Below the pieces are notes generated by a model, which had not been told where the DNA came from, made no database searches, and saw only the letters and a list, made by a program, of their open reading frames with translations. Shown here one piece after another: positions 39,879 through 50,115 of a stretch of DNA of 64,000 nt. Position numbers and translations under genes: made by a program. The stretch is from Candidatus Velthaea sp. (GTDB taxonomy: Bacteria; Vulcanimicrobiota; Vulcanimicrobiia; Vulcanimicrobiales; Vulcanimicrobiaceae): the NCBI GenBank assembly GCA_965214935.1, contig CBDCCS010000001.1, positions 1-64,000 on the forward strand, given 5' to 3'. Positions within the stretch are counted from its first letter, which is position 1; every line of letters starts with the position of its first letter.

Positions 39879-42800
39879 ATGTACCGTCGCATTTCGGCGG
39901 GGCTGCTTACAGCAGCCCTCTTTCTTGCAACCTTGTTGCCGGCATTAGCGGGGACGACCGGCGGATTGCGCGGCCGAATCACCGATCGTGCGACCGGCGC
40001 CGGCGTTGCGGGCGTACGCGTTACGCTGGCATCACCGTCGCAATCAGCGACCGCAACGACCGACGCAAACGGCAACTTCATCTTCTTGTCGCTCAGTCCC
40101 GACACATACACGCTGGGCGTTGCGCCGGCAGGGTACGATGCCACCTCGCAAAGTGGTGTAACGGTCGCGTCGGACCAAGTGCAAACCGCCTCGCTCGTCG
40201 TCGTACGCACCATCAAGACGATCGGCCGGACGACGAGCCGTTCGGGATCGAACGTCGTCCGCCCGGGAACGACGAGCGACGTGTACTCCGTGAACGCAGC
40301 GGGCGCCGAAGCAACGGCGGCGCTCGGCGGCGCCGGCGGTCTCAATCAAGCGTATAGCGCTTTTGCTTCGGTTCCCGGCGTGAGTTTACAAGAAGGCCAG
40401 CAAGGCTGGAACCAGCTCGTTTACGTTCGGGGCGGCGATTATGAAGACGTCGCCGTCGAACTCGACGGCATTCCGGTGCAGCGTGCTTCGGACGTCGCGC
40501 CGATCACGACGCTTTCGAGCCTCGGTCAACAAGAGCTGCAGATTTATACCGGCGGCGCACCGGCATCGGCCGACGCCTCCGGGCTGTCCGGTTATATCAA
40601 CCAAGTCATTCGCACCGGCACGTATCCGGGGTTTAAGGACTTTCAGCTCGGCGTCGGCGCGCCGGCGTTTTATCATAAATTGCAGGCCGAGATCGGCGGA
40701 GCGACCAGTAACCGGAATTTCAGCTATTACATCGGCGTCGCCGGAATCAATCAGGATTACCGCTACGGCGATCAATTCAATGCGGCCGGAAATCCGGCGT
40801 TTTTCGCGCCGCTGGCCGTGCCGTCGAATAACAATCTCGGCGTGTACGACGGCAGCGGCGCGTTTGCCGTTGCCCCCGGTCAAAGTTACTCGATCGCAAA
40901 TACGAACGACCGCGAGTTCGTCGCGAACTTTCATGTCGCGCTGCCGCACAAAGACGGTAACGGCAAAGACGACCTGCAATTACTCTACGCCAATGCGCGT
41001 ATTTTAGCCCAATTTTACGGCTCGGTGAACGATCTCGGCGGGTCATCGTATGTTAGCAATGCGATCGGGTTTACGCCCACCTATGTCGACTCGAACGTCT
41101 ATAACGGCCCGCTTTTGACACCGCTGACGGGCAACGAACCGGTGACGCCATATGCGTTTCCGGGCGTCGGTACGCATGCGTTCAACGGCACGCTGCCGGC
41201 CGATCTGCGTGAAATCAGCGACAACGGCTTCTCGCTCGTGAAGCTCCAATACCAAAAGAACATCAACGATCGATCGTATTTTCGGCTCTACGGGTACAGC
41301 GATTACTCGAACTGGTTCATCAACGGGCCGGTCAGTGCGAACCTCGCGTACGGCGGCGAGATCGCCGATTACGAGGTGATCGATCACACCTACGGCCTGA
41401 ACGCGCGCTATGAAAATCAACTGACGCCCAAACACTTGTTGACCGCAACCGCGTCTTATCAGACGCAAAACATTCAGACCTATTCAAACGGTGCCAACGG
41501 CGGCGAAATCACGACGAATCTGACCGATAGTGCCGGTAATTGTTTTAGTCCGCTCAACGGAAACTACGCCAGCTGCTATACGCCCATTTACAACGCCGAC
41601 GGCACCGTCAACGGCGCGGGCGGATTGAACGTCTACGGGCAGTATGGAGCACCGATCGCGGGCTCGCCGGGTTCGGCGCTCATTCCATCGACACTACCGG
41701 GCTCCGGACTGCCGGGTGCAGTACCGGCCGGCTCGCCGGCAACGCTGGCTAACGGCGGTGCCGGTGCAAATTGGGTCGTGACCAACAACGGCTCCGAAGG
41801 TGAACTCGATACGGTTCGGCCGTTCTTTACCGCAGTTTCGCTAAGCGATCAATGGCGGCCGACGGACAAACTCGTCATTAATGCCGGCGTCCGGTATGAG
41901 AGCTTTCTCTACCGGCTTGCCGATACATCAGGCCCCGCGCGCCAATTCTGGTTCAACGCGTGGAATCGCGAAAATTGCTATACGCCCGGGCAGCCTTCGG
42001 CGACACCCAATGCGGCCGTCAATCCGCTGACCGGCGCCGTGCCGGCTTGTCCGGCCGGGTCGATCGCTCTTATTAATACGTCGCCTAAAAGCGTTCAGTA
42101 TCCGGCGTTTCAGCCACGCGCCGGTTTAACGTACACGTTGAATCCCGACACGGTCGTGCGTGCATCGTACGGCCGCTACGCGCAGCAGCCGGGCACATCG
42201 TATCAGCAATACAACGTGGTGCAGCAAGATTTGCCGGGTTACATTTCGACGTTTTTACCGTACGGATTTAATTCACCGTATCACGTGACGCAACCGTCGT
42301 ATTCGAATAGCTACGATTTCTCACTCGAGAAGCATCTCAAAGGTACCGACTACTCATTTAAGCTCACACCGTTTTACCGCTCGACACAAGCTGAACTGCA
42401 GGGTATTCCGATCGGGTCGCAAGGTGTCGTCGACGGCCTCAATACCGGCACCGGACGTTCGTACGGCGTCGAGTTTCAGTTCTCGAAAGGCGACTTCGGC
42501 CGGCAAGGCTTGTCGTATCAACTTTCTTATACGTACACCCAGGCGTTGACGCGCTTCAACGACTTTCTTACCGGTAACAATTTCATCGATAACCAGAACG
42601 CCTATGTCAAGCAATACAATGCGTTCACCAGTTTCTGTACGACCAATCCGACCGATGCACGCTGCGGCGCAACGCCCACGGGCGTCGCGGCGGCGCCATG
42701 CTATGCGCCGGGCGGCGCCGGCGTGACGGCAACGCCCGATCTCGCTGCGCCCTCGAGTGCGGCGTGCGGCGCGGGCGAGTTCGCCAATCCGTATTGGAAT

Positions 42801-43445
42801 GCGCCGGTTCAGCCGCTGTTCGATCGCACCGGTTCGTACACGCCCTACGATATTCTCCCATCGAATCCGTTCAGCGGCGCGGTCGGCTTCAACACGCCGA
42901 GCGTCGTAACCGGCGTCGTGAATTTCCGGCGCGGTAAATTCACGCTCACGCCCAGTGCAACGTACAGTTCGGGAACGTTCTACGGTTCGCCGTTGACATG
43001 GCCGGGATACGATCCGACGACGTGCGGTGCGGCAGTCGCCGGAACGACGGGTGCCAACACCCAAACGTGCAGCGGCGCGATTCTACAGCCCGATCTTTAC
43101 ACGGGTAATTTTGACGGCCAAGGCGCGTTTCGCGAACCGACGCGCTTCACGCTCAACTTCCAGACCGGATACGAGTTCAACAAAAGTGTTCGCGCCGTAC
43201 TGACGCTGACGAGCCTGATCGACCACTGCTATCAGCGCGGTTATGCGTGGGACAATCCGTCGACGTGCGTCTACGCGCAGCTGCCGTCGAATCACTTGGC
43301 TCCGGTCGGAAACTTCGTCGATCCGTCGACGGCGCCGGTGCAGATCCGCTATCCGTACGGCAGCTTTTACAACAACGTACAAACCGGATTCGTCGGACAG
43401 AAGCTGCCCTTTAGCGCGTTTCTCAATCTCGAAGTGCGCCTCTGA
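39879..43445 (+). CDS. TonB-dependent receptor with N-terminal carboxypeptidase-regulatory-like domain
   Basis: Signal peptide, GTTGGLRGRITD, plug region (SVPGV, VRGG, LDGIPV), barrel motifs (NAGVRYE, QPRAGLTY, RASYG, GVEF). Confidence 0.85.
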   Translation: MYRRISAGLLTAALFLATLLPALAGTTGGLRGRITDRATGAGVAGVRVTLASPSQSATATTDANGNFIFLSLSPDTYTLGVAPAGYDATSQSGVTVASDQVQTASLVVVRTIKTIGRTTSRSGSNVVRPGTTSDVYSVNAAGAEATAALGGAGGLNQAYSAFASVPGVSLQEGQQGWNQLVYVRGGDYEDVAVELDGIPVQRASDVAPITTLSSLGQQELQIYTGGAPASADASGLSGYINQVIRTGTYPGFKDFQLGVGAPAFYHKLQAEIGGATSNRNFSYYIGVAGINQDYRYGDQFNAAGNPAFFAPLAVPSNNNLGVYDGSGAFAVAPGQSYSIANTNDREFVANFHVALPHKDGNGKDDLQLLYANARILAQFYGSVNDLGGSSYVSNAIGFTPTYVDSNVYNGPLLTPLTGNEPVTPYAFPGVGTHAFNGTLPADLREISDNGFSLVKLQYQKNINDRSYFRLYGYSDYSNWFINGPVSANLAYGGEIADYEVIDHTYGLNARYENQLTPKHLLTATASYQTQNIQTYSNGANGGEITTNLTDSAGNCFSPLNGNYASCYTPIYNADGTVNGAGGLNVYGQYGAPIAGSPGSALIPSTLPGSGLPGAVPAGSPATLANGGAGANWVVTNNGSEGELDTVRPFFTAVSLSDQWRPTDKLVINAGVRYESFLYRLADTSGPARQFWFNAWNRENCYTPGQPSATPNAAVNPLTGAVPACPAGSIALINTSPKSVQYPAFQPRAGLTYTLNPDTVVRASYGRYAQQPGTSYQQYNVVQQDLPGYISTFLPYGFNSPYHVTQPSYSNSYDFSLEKHLKGTDYSFKLTPFYRSTQAELQGIPIGSQGVVDGLNTGTGRSYGVEFQFSKGDFGRQGLSYQLSYTYTQALTRFNDFLTGNNFIDNQNAYVKQYNAFTSFCTTNPTDARCGATPTGVAAAPCYAPGGAGVTATPDLAAPSSAACGAGEFANPYWNAPVQPLFDRTGSYTPYDILPSNPFSGAVGFNTPSVVTGVVNFRRGKFTLTPSATYSSGTFYGSPLTWPGYDPTTCGAAVAGTTGANTQTCSGAILQPDLYTGNFDGQGAFREPTRFTLNFQTGYEFNKSVRAVLTLTSLIDHCYQRGYAWDNPSTCVYAQLPSNHLAPVGNFVDPSTAPVQIRYPYGSFYNNVQTGFVGQKLPFSAFLNLEVRL

Positions 43446-43447
43446 GT

Positions 43448-45412
43448 ATGGAACCGCGCGACCGCGCGCTCGGCATGGACCGGCCGATTGCGCGGCGCGA
43501 TTTCCTCAATGGCATGGCGCTGGGAATCGGCGGAGCGCTGTCGGCCGGCGGGCAACCGGCGTCGGCCGCCGCACCGGCATCGGCGCAAGACGTAGCGGGT
43601 TATTATCCGCCGGCGCGCAGCGGTATGCGCGGCAGTCATCCCGGCTCGTTCGAACAGGCGCATGCCCTACGGGATGGGCGTGAGCCGGCAACCTGGCAGA
43701 GGCCGGCCGAGACCGGCGAGGCGTACGATCTCATCGTCGTCGGTGCCGGCATCGGCGGACTTTGCGCCGCGCATTTCTACCGGGCACGACATCCCGGCGC
43801 GCGCATTTTAATTCTCGACAATCACGATGATTTCGGCGGTCATGCCAAACGCAATGAGTTCGTCGTTGACGGCCGGACGCTCGTGGCGAACGGCGGAACC
43901 TGGGCGATCGAGTCGCCGTTTCCGTACAGCCCGGTCGCGCGCGCGTTACTCGCCGAACTCGGCGTCGATCCGCCGGCATTCGCGCGCCGCGATGACCATC
44001 CGGAATATTATCACGGACTGGGTCGCGGCAGTTTTTTCCGCCGCGAAGACTTCGGCGTCGACCGGCTTGTGCCACAGCTTCCGCCGACGCTCGTCGACGG
44101 CGCATCGCGCGTGGCCGCGCAGCATGCATGGGCGCGCTTCGTGGAACAAACACCGCTATCGGCCGATGCCCGCGCGGATATCGTCCGCATCGAGACCGGC
44201 CAAACCGACTTCTATCCGAACCTAACATCGGATCAAAAAAAAGACCGGCTTTCGCGAATAAGTTATCGCGACTACTTGCTCCGAGTCGTCGAGGCGCATC
44301 CCGACGTCATCAAATTTTATCAAACGCGGACGCACGATCTGTTCGCGGTCGGCATCGACGGCGTCACGGCCCTGGACTGCTGGGGCCTTGGTTTCGCGGG
44401 GTTCAGCGGACTCGCGCTCGGACCCGGTCCATACCACCGGATGGGCTTCACTGCCATGGGCGCCGCAACGCCCGGCCAAGCTCCGTATACCTTTCACTAT
44501 CCGGACGGCAACGCATCGATTGCGCGCCTGTTAGTGCGACGGCTCATGCCCGGCGTGTTATCCGGCGCGACGGCCGCCGATATCGTCACGGCACGCGCCG
44601 ATTATTCGCGGCTCGACCGGCACGATGCGGCCGTGCGCACGCGCTTGAACAGCACGGTCGTTGCCGTTCGACACACGGGCGCTGCGACGGAGACAGACGG
44701 CGTTCGCGTTACGTATCTGCGCGGCGGATTACCGTTTAGCGTGCATAGTTCGGCTGTGGTAATGGCGTGCTGGAACATGATCGTTCCATATCTCGTCCCG
44801 GATCTACCGGCCGCTCAAAAAGAGGCGCTGCATTACGGCGTTAAAGTTCCCCTGGTATATACGCGCGTCGCAATTCGCAATTGGCACGCGTTCGCGCGAC
44901 TCGGTTTGAGTGGCATCGAGACACCGGGGATGTATCACTCGAGTATCGATCTGGATCAACCGGTCGATATCGGCGGCTATCGTGCATCGCGTTCAGCGAG
45001 CGAACCGGTCGTCGTGCGGATGTTGCGCACGCCCTGCGCGCCCGGCCTGTCCGAACGCGATCAGCACCGTATCGGTCGTGCCGAACTGCTGCAGACACCG
45101 TTTGCAACGTTCGAACGCAATATTCGCGAACAATTAAGTCGGGTGCTGGGTCCGGGCGGCTTCGATCCGGCGCGCGACATCGCTGCAATCACGGTCAATC
45201 GCTGGCCGCACGGATATGCGTATGAATACAATCCGTTATGGGATCCGGACAGCTTCTTTACCGGCGGCGTGACACCCAATGAAATCGCACGCAAGCCGTT
45301 CGGCCGCATCACCATCGCGAATAGCGATGCTGCTGCCGCTGCATATACCGATAAGGCGATCGATGAAGCGTACCGCGCAGTCGAAGAACTGCATGCGGCT
45401 CATGGAGGCTGA
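43448..45412 (+). CDS. Spermidine dehydrogenase SpdH-like flavoprotein, Tat-exported
   Basis: ARRDFLNG Tat motif, YYPPARSGMRGSHPGSF, GAGIGG, DNHDDFGGHAKRNEF, ITVNRWPHGYAY. Confidence 0.85.
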   Translation: MEPRDRALGMDRPIARRDFLNGMALGIGGALSAGGQPASAAAPASAQDVAGYYPPARSGMRGSHPGSFEQAHALRDGREPATWQRPAETGEAYDLIVVGAGIGGLCAAHFYRARHPGARILILDNHDDFGGHAKRNEFVVDGRTLVANGGTWAIESPFPYSPVARALLAELGVDPPAFARRDDHPEYYHGLGRGSFFRREDFGVDRLVPQLPPTLVDGASRVAAQHAWARFVEQTPLSADARADIVRIETGQTDFYPNLTSDQKKDRLSRISYRDYLLRVVEAHPDVIKFYQTRTHDLFAVGIDGVTALDCWGLGFAGFSGLALGPGPYHRMGFTAMGAATPGQAPYTFHYPDGNASIARLLVRRLMPGVLSGATAADIVTARADYSRLDRHDAAVRTRLNSTVVAVRHTGAATETDGVRVTYLRGGLPFSVHSSAVVMACWNMIVPYLVPDLPAAQKEALHYGVKVPLVYTRVAIRNWHAFARLGLSGIETPGMYHSSIDLDQPVDIGGYRASRSASEPVVVRMLRTPCAPGLSERDQHRIGRAELLQTPFATFERNIREQLSRVLGPGGFDPARDIAAITVNRWPHGYAYEYNPLWDPDSFFTGGVTPNEIARKPFGRITIANSDAAAAAYTDKAIDEAYRAVEELHAAHGG

Positions 45413-46796
45413 TGTGACGTCGGAACTGCGTGCCGATTGCCTCAATGTCTGGGAAGTGCTGGCCCAATCGATCGCGATGATCGGGCCGACCATTACGCCG
45501 GTGTTGATCGTGCCGCTCATGTATGCGCAAGCCGGTAATGCGGGCTGGCTAGCCTATGTATTCGGCGCCGTTACCATCGGTGCAGTCGCGCTCAATCTCA
45601 ATGTCTTCGCGCGCCGCTCGGCATCGGCGGGCTCGCTTTATATCTTTGCACAACGCGCGTTCGGCTCACGCGGAGCACTGCTCGTCGGCTGGTGTCTCTT
45701 GTGGGCGTATGCCTTCGTCGCGTTAGCCGGAACGATGGCATTTACGGTGTTCTTCGTCAGCCTCTTCGGCGCTGTCGGCATCGCCGCTCCGGCTGCACTT
45801 GGTGTTGTCGCGTGCGTCGCGATCGCCTGGTTCGTGAGTTACCGCGACGTCCGCGTCTCGACCATCGCGCTATTGGTGCTCGAGACGATTTCGCTCACGC
45901 TCATTAGCGTGTTGATCGTACTGATTTTCGTCCATCACCACGGCAGCCTCGTCGATACCGATCAGCTGACGTTGCGCGGTGCAACGCCCTCGGCGCTGGG
46001 ACTCGGCGCCGTCGTCGCTATCTTCAGTCTACTGGGCTTCGAGAGTGCGACGTCGCTGGGCGAAGAAGCCAAGAATCCGTTGCGCACGATCCCGCGTGCC
46101 GTGATGTCGAGCGTTGTCATCGCGAGTATTTTCTTCGTCGTCGTCATGTATGCCGAGGTCTTGGGTTTACGCGGTGCAACGATACCGCTCGATAAGCTCG
46201 TAACACCGCTCGACGCACTCGCCGATAGCGTCGGCGCGCCGTTCATGAAAATCCCGATCGACATCGGCGCCGTCTTGTGTTCGGTGTCGATCGCCATCGC
46301 TGCGCTCAACGGCTCGGCGCGCGCGCTAATGATGATGGGCCGCAACGGCCTCTTACCGGCTTACTTCGCCCGCACGCATGCGCGCTTTGAAACGCCGCAC
46401 GTCGCGCTCGGCGCCATTGCCGCCGTCTTGATCGTCGTCGGCGGAAGTGCCGTCTTGCTCGGCCGTGCGCCCAGCGATGCATTCTCCGACACATCGACGC
46501 TGTGCTCGTTCGGATTTGTCATCGTGTACGGAGCGATCGCCGTTGGTGCTTCGTATTACTTGCGCCGACGGCAAGAGTTACGTCCGGCCGACATCGTCGT
46601 CAGCGCTGTCGCGGTTCTGCTGCTGAGCGTCCCGGCGATCGGCAGCGTCTATCCGGTGCCATCGCCGCCGGGCAACTGGTATCCGTACGCATTCGCCGCG
46701 TACGTTATCTGCGGCGTTGCACTGCTTTGGCGTCGCCGCGTCAGCGCTCCGGAGGCGAACAACGCGACTCATGAAGCGGCTGTCGGAGCAGTGTAA
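45402..46796 (+). CDS. APC family amino acid/polyamine permease
   Basis: About 12 hydrophobic segments; AGSLY, GFES...LGEEAKNP.RTIPRA. Confidence 0.88.
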   Translation: MEADVTSELRADCLNVWEVLAQSIAMIGPTITPVLIVPLMYAQAGNAGWLAYVFGAVTIGAVALNLNVFARRSASAGSLYIFAQRAFGSRGALLVGWCLLWAYAFVALAGTMAFTVFFVSLFGAVGIAAPAALGVVACVAIAWFVSYRDVRVSTIALLVLETISLTLISVLIVLIFVHHHGSLVDTDQLTLRGATPSALGLGAVVAIFSLLGFESATSLGEEAKNPLRTIPRAVMSSVVIASIFFVVVMYAEVLGLRGATIPLDKLVTPLDALADSVGAPFMKIPIDIGAVLCSVSIAIAALNGSARALMMMGRNGLLPAYFARTHARFETPHVALGAIAAVLIVVGGSAVLLGRAPSDAFSDTSTLCSFGFVIVYGAIAVGASYYLRRRQELRPADIVVSAVAVLLLSVPAIGSVYPVPSPPGNWYPYAFAAYVICGVALLWRRRVSAPEANNATHEAAVGAV

Positions 46797-47021
46797 CTGC
46801 CGATAGCGCGTCGCTTAACGAGTGCAAACGCGATCATCGCAGCGCCTCGTAATGCTTGTCCGTGGTTCACGGACTCGGACGGACGAATGGCCGCGGCTTT
46901 ACAGTCCGGTGCCTCGCCGGAAGCGGACTTGCAGTCAGCAGATTCTAAGCGCACGTCGACGAACGCACCATGGGATGAAGTTTGGTTGAGATCTGCCCCA
47001 ACGGCATGAGGTTGCAGCGGA

Positions 47022-47392
47022 GTGCAGAGTGTCGGTGAGGTTGCGTTGCCGCCTACGAAGCCCGGAACAGGATGAATTCTTGACCGGCCGGTGCAGAAAG
47101 CGAGCCCGACTCGCAAACAAAGTATGTTGCAAGAAGCGTTTCTCGACGCTCTCAAGGCTTGGGCAAGGTCCGGCAGTCGCGGTCAAGCCGGCCCGGAATG
47201 GCGCTTTCGCGTCTCGCCACCCGGTGAAGACATCCGTCCCCTCGTACCTGATCTTGCCTTTTTACGATAGCTCCGGGCGGTTTCAACGTGTCGACGCATC
47301 CGTCGGAGCTGTACTCGCCGCCAAGCGTCCCGAGCTTGCGCATTCCGGCGCGTGCGTTCTTTGCCGAAATGGACATTCCGAACTTCCCTGAG
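47022..47392 (+). pseudogene. Uma2 (DUF820) family endonuclease pseudogene
   Basis: Reads EVALPPTKPGTG*ILDRPVQKASPTRKQSMLQ...GPEWRFRVSPPGEDIRPLVPDLAFLR*; TGA at 47073, TAG at 47268; C-terminal-like remnant (PSVPSLRIPARAFFAEM) in another frame. Confidence 0.7.
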
Positions 47393-47454
47393 CGCAACAA
47401 ACGCACCGGCATAACAGCAAACGTACGAATCGCGAAGCCGACTTTACCGCATCG

Positions 47455-47931
47455 CTACGGAATGCTGCTGTCGCTGATTTTGGCCCACGACATCGTCCCG
47501 ATCTTCCACTGTCGGTTCGATTGAACGAGCGTAAAGGCAAGTGAACCGCTTTCGGTCGCCGGCTTACCGTGGATGCGGTAGGTGTAGATCGTCGGAATCA
47601 CAACGTACGCGTGCTGCCCGTTCACGGTAGCAAATTTCGGCGCACGAACGGCGATGAGCGCATCGCTCACACCATTCGCGGCTTGATCGGCACCGAAACC
47701 ATCGAACCAGTGCCCGGCGGCATCCGGCGCGCGAAAGCGAAACGGAGCAAACTCATCGACGATGGCACTATCGCCGCTGAACGCCGAGACAAGTCGTGCG
47801 CGATCGCCCGCGTTCGCGGCCGCGACGAACGCTCGAATCGGCAGCAGCACGGCGCGATCGGCTGCAACCGCGACTCCGCTCGTCCATAGAACGCACGCGC
47901 ACGCGCATAGAGCAATCGGGCCGAAACGCAT
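47455..47931 (-). CDS. Secreted NTF2/SnoaL-like protein
   Basis: Signal peptide; FVAAANAGD, IVDEFAPF, terminal WKI..SW. Confidence 0.7.
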   Translation of the reverse strand: MRFGPIALCACACVLWTSGVAVAADRAVLLPIRAFVAAANAGDRARLVSAFSGDSAIVDEFAPFRFRAPDAAGHWFDGFGADQAANGVSDALIAVRAPKFATVNGQHAYVVIPTIYTYRIHGKPATESGSLAFTLVQSNRQWKIGTMSWAKISDSSIP

Positions 47932-48015
47932 GCGTGATCTTTCACCATCGTCGCTCCGGCGGACTCTATCTCGCGTGCAACACGGTAAGCGCGCGCGTTC
48001 GGCGAACCAGCAGCC

Positions 48016-49611
48016 ATGCCGCGCACGCCCATTTTCGCCGGGCTCCATCAACTTGCTCGTGATGCCGCTGTTCGCGAGGCCCGGCCGCTGATCCGGCGCC
48101 GCGATTTCATCGCCGGCGCGGCTGCCTTGCCGCTTCTGGGCGCACCGCCGGTCGCCGCGTCATCACGTCCGCGCGTCGCAATCATCGGTGCCGGCATCAG
48201 CGGTTTGGTTGCGGCGTTGACGTTGCACGAAGCCGGATTGACGCCGGTCGTTTTTGAAGCCGGCGGCCGTTGGGGCGGGCGGATCCATACCAATCGCGCC
48301 GGGTGGTTCGGCGATCAAGTCGCGGAGTGGTGCGGTGAACTCATCGACAGTTCGCACGTCACGATGATCGCGCTGGCAAAGCGGTTCGGCTTGCCGCTGA
48401 CCGACGTGCTCGCGGGCACTCCGCGCGGTGCACAATACACGATCCTCTTCGACGGCCGCTATTATCCCGTCGCGCAGGCGGCGCGCGATTTCGTTCCGGT
48501 GCTGGCCGCGCTCAAGACGCAGTTGCGGGCAGCCGGCGATCTCGCGCCGTACGACCGGCTTACGCCTGAGGCACGACGCATCGATGCGCTCAGCGTGTAC
48601 GATTGGATCGAACGCTACGTTCCGGGCGGACATCACTCGCTTATGGGCCGCTACTTAGAACGCGCCTATTTAGCGGAGTTCGGCCGTTCGACGCACGAAC
48701 AATCGGCGATCAATCTGCTGTATATGCTCGGGACGCAATCCGGCCCCGTTGACGGTGAAGTCGGCTTCCATATCTTCGGTCCGTCCGACGAACGCTATCA
48801 CATTGCGGGCGGCAACGAACGGCTAAGCGACGCCATTGCCGCGCGTTTGCCGACAGGTACCATTCGATTCAACACGCGGCTTGCTGCAATTGCGGTCCAG
48901 TCGGACCGGTCGGTGCAATTGACGTTGCGCGGCGAAGCAGCGAGCGAACGGCAACGCTTCGACCGGGTCATCTGTACGCTGCCGTTTACGCGCTTACGTG
49001 ACGTCGACATCACGCAAGCGCGTTTTAGTCCGGTCAAGCGGCGTGCGATTGCAGAGCTCGGCTACGGCCGTCATACGAAGCTGCACGTGCCGTTCGGCGA
49101 GCGCACCTGGCAGTCGCGCGGCGCCTGGCCCGGCATCTCGGACGGGACCGTCTACACCGATATGAGCTTCCAAAATACTTGGGATACGACGCGCGGACAG
49201 CCGGGTAAGCACGGCATTTTAGTCGCCTATCTCGGCGGTCCTGAAGCCGTCGCGGCAGCCGCCGACGCTCCGTATACGACGACGGTCGAGTCGCTGAAAA
49301 CACGCCGCTCCGTCGAGTCGTTTTTGACCCAAATCGACCGCGTGTTTCCCGGCATTGCGAAACACTATCGAGGCAACGCAACAATGGGCAGCGCATTTCT
49401 CGATCCGTTCATCGGTGGAAGTTATTCGGTTTGGCTCGTCGGCCAACTGACGGCGTTCGGCGGCGCCGAAGGCCGTCCCGAAGGCGCGGTTCATTTCGCC
49501 GGCGAGCATACCTCGCTCGATCAACAAGGCTATATGGAGGGCGGCGCGGTCACCGGCTTGCGCGCCGCCCGTGAAGTCCTTGCCGCCGTGCGAGCGGCTC
49601 AGCGAGTCTAG
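48016..49611 (+). CDS. Flavin monoamine oxidase family protein, probable Tat substrate
   Basis: RRRDFIAG, IIGAGISGL, EA..RWGGR, HFAGEHTS...GYMEGGAVTG. Confidence 0.88.
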   Translation: MPRTPIFAGLHQLARDAAVREARPLIRRRDFIAGAAALPLLGAPPVAASSRPRVAIIGAGISGLVAALTLHEAGLTPVVFEAGGRWGGRIHTNRAGWFGDQVAEWCGELIDSSHVTMIALAKRFGLPLTDVLAGTPRGAQYTILFDGRYYPVAQAARDFVPVLAALKTQLRAAGDLAPYDRLTPEARRIDALSVYDWIERYVPGGHHSLMGRYLERAYLAEFGRSTHEQSAINLLYMLGTQSGPVDGEVGFHIFGPSDERYHIAGGNERLSDAIAARLPTGTIRFNTRLAAIAVQSDRSVQLTLRGEAASERQRFDRVICTLPFTRLRDVDITQARFSPVKRRAIAELGYGRHTKLHVPFGERTWQSRGAWPGISDGTVYTDMSFQNTWDTTRGQPGKHGILVAYLGGPEAVAAAADAPYTTTVESLKTRRSVESFLTQIDRVFPGIAKHYRGNATMGSAFLDPFIGGSYSVWLVGQLTAFGGAEGRPEGAVHFAGEHTSLDQQGYMEGGAVTGLRAAREVLAAVRAAQRV

Positions 49612-49973
49612 TTGTGCAACAGCACGCGATTGGCGATAAACGTACCGCGGCTGTAGTAACCGACAATTGCGACGCGCTGTGACGGCGACGGCGTTGCACC
49701 GGTCGGAAAAATCACCGTTCCGTTTTTTAGGTCGATTTGTTGCACGACGCCGTTGCGGCGCGCCAGTTGTAAGCGGTAAGGTGAGAAATGTACGACGGTG
49801 CCGAGGATAACGTGATGACGGTCGTACTCGTGACGATCCCAGCCGGGTTGCCATACCGTGTATGCAGGAACCTCGTGCGCGCCGTAAATGATCACGTCAT
49901 CTGCCAGCGCCGGAGCGACTGCCGCCGCGGTCAAGCCGAGAAATAGCGCGCATGCGCCTAATCGAACGTTCAT
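49608..49973 (-). CDS. Secreted hypothetical protein
   Basis: Signal peptide ending PALA; GGAG upstream of the ATG. Confidence 0.7.
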   Translation of the reverse strand: MNVRLGACALFLGLTAAAVAPALADDVIIYGAHEVPAYTVWQPGWDRHEYDRHHVILGTVVHFSPYRLQLARRNGVVQQIDLKNGTVIFPTGATPSPSQRVAIVGYYSRGTFIANRVLLHN

Positions 49974-50115
49974 ATACTTAGCAATCTCCGCCTCTACTAG
50001 TATTGCATGCGACTCGATGAGTCTGTTGTCGATAACGCGTCGCGTAAATCGGCTGTTACGCGACTAACGTGCTCTTAATTGCTGCGCCCGCGCACGTTGA
50101 TACGCAGCGTGCACG

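Noticed and set aside
47073..47075. TGA at a Trp position suggesting recoding (genetic code 4 or 25)
   Set aside because: TGA terminates many intact genes in the window, and the same locus has other lesions.
46797..47454. Possible structured ncRNA or riboswitch in a long gap
   Set aside because: Largely explained by the Uma2 pseudogene; no known RNA motif recognised in the remainder.
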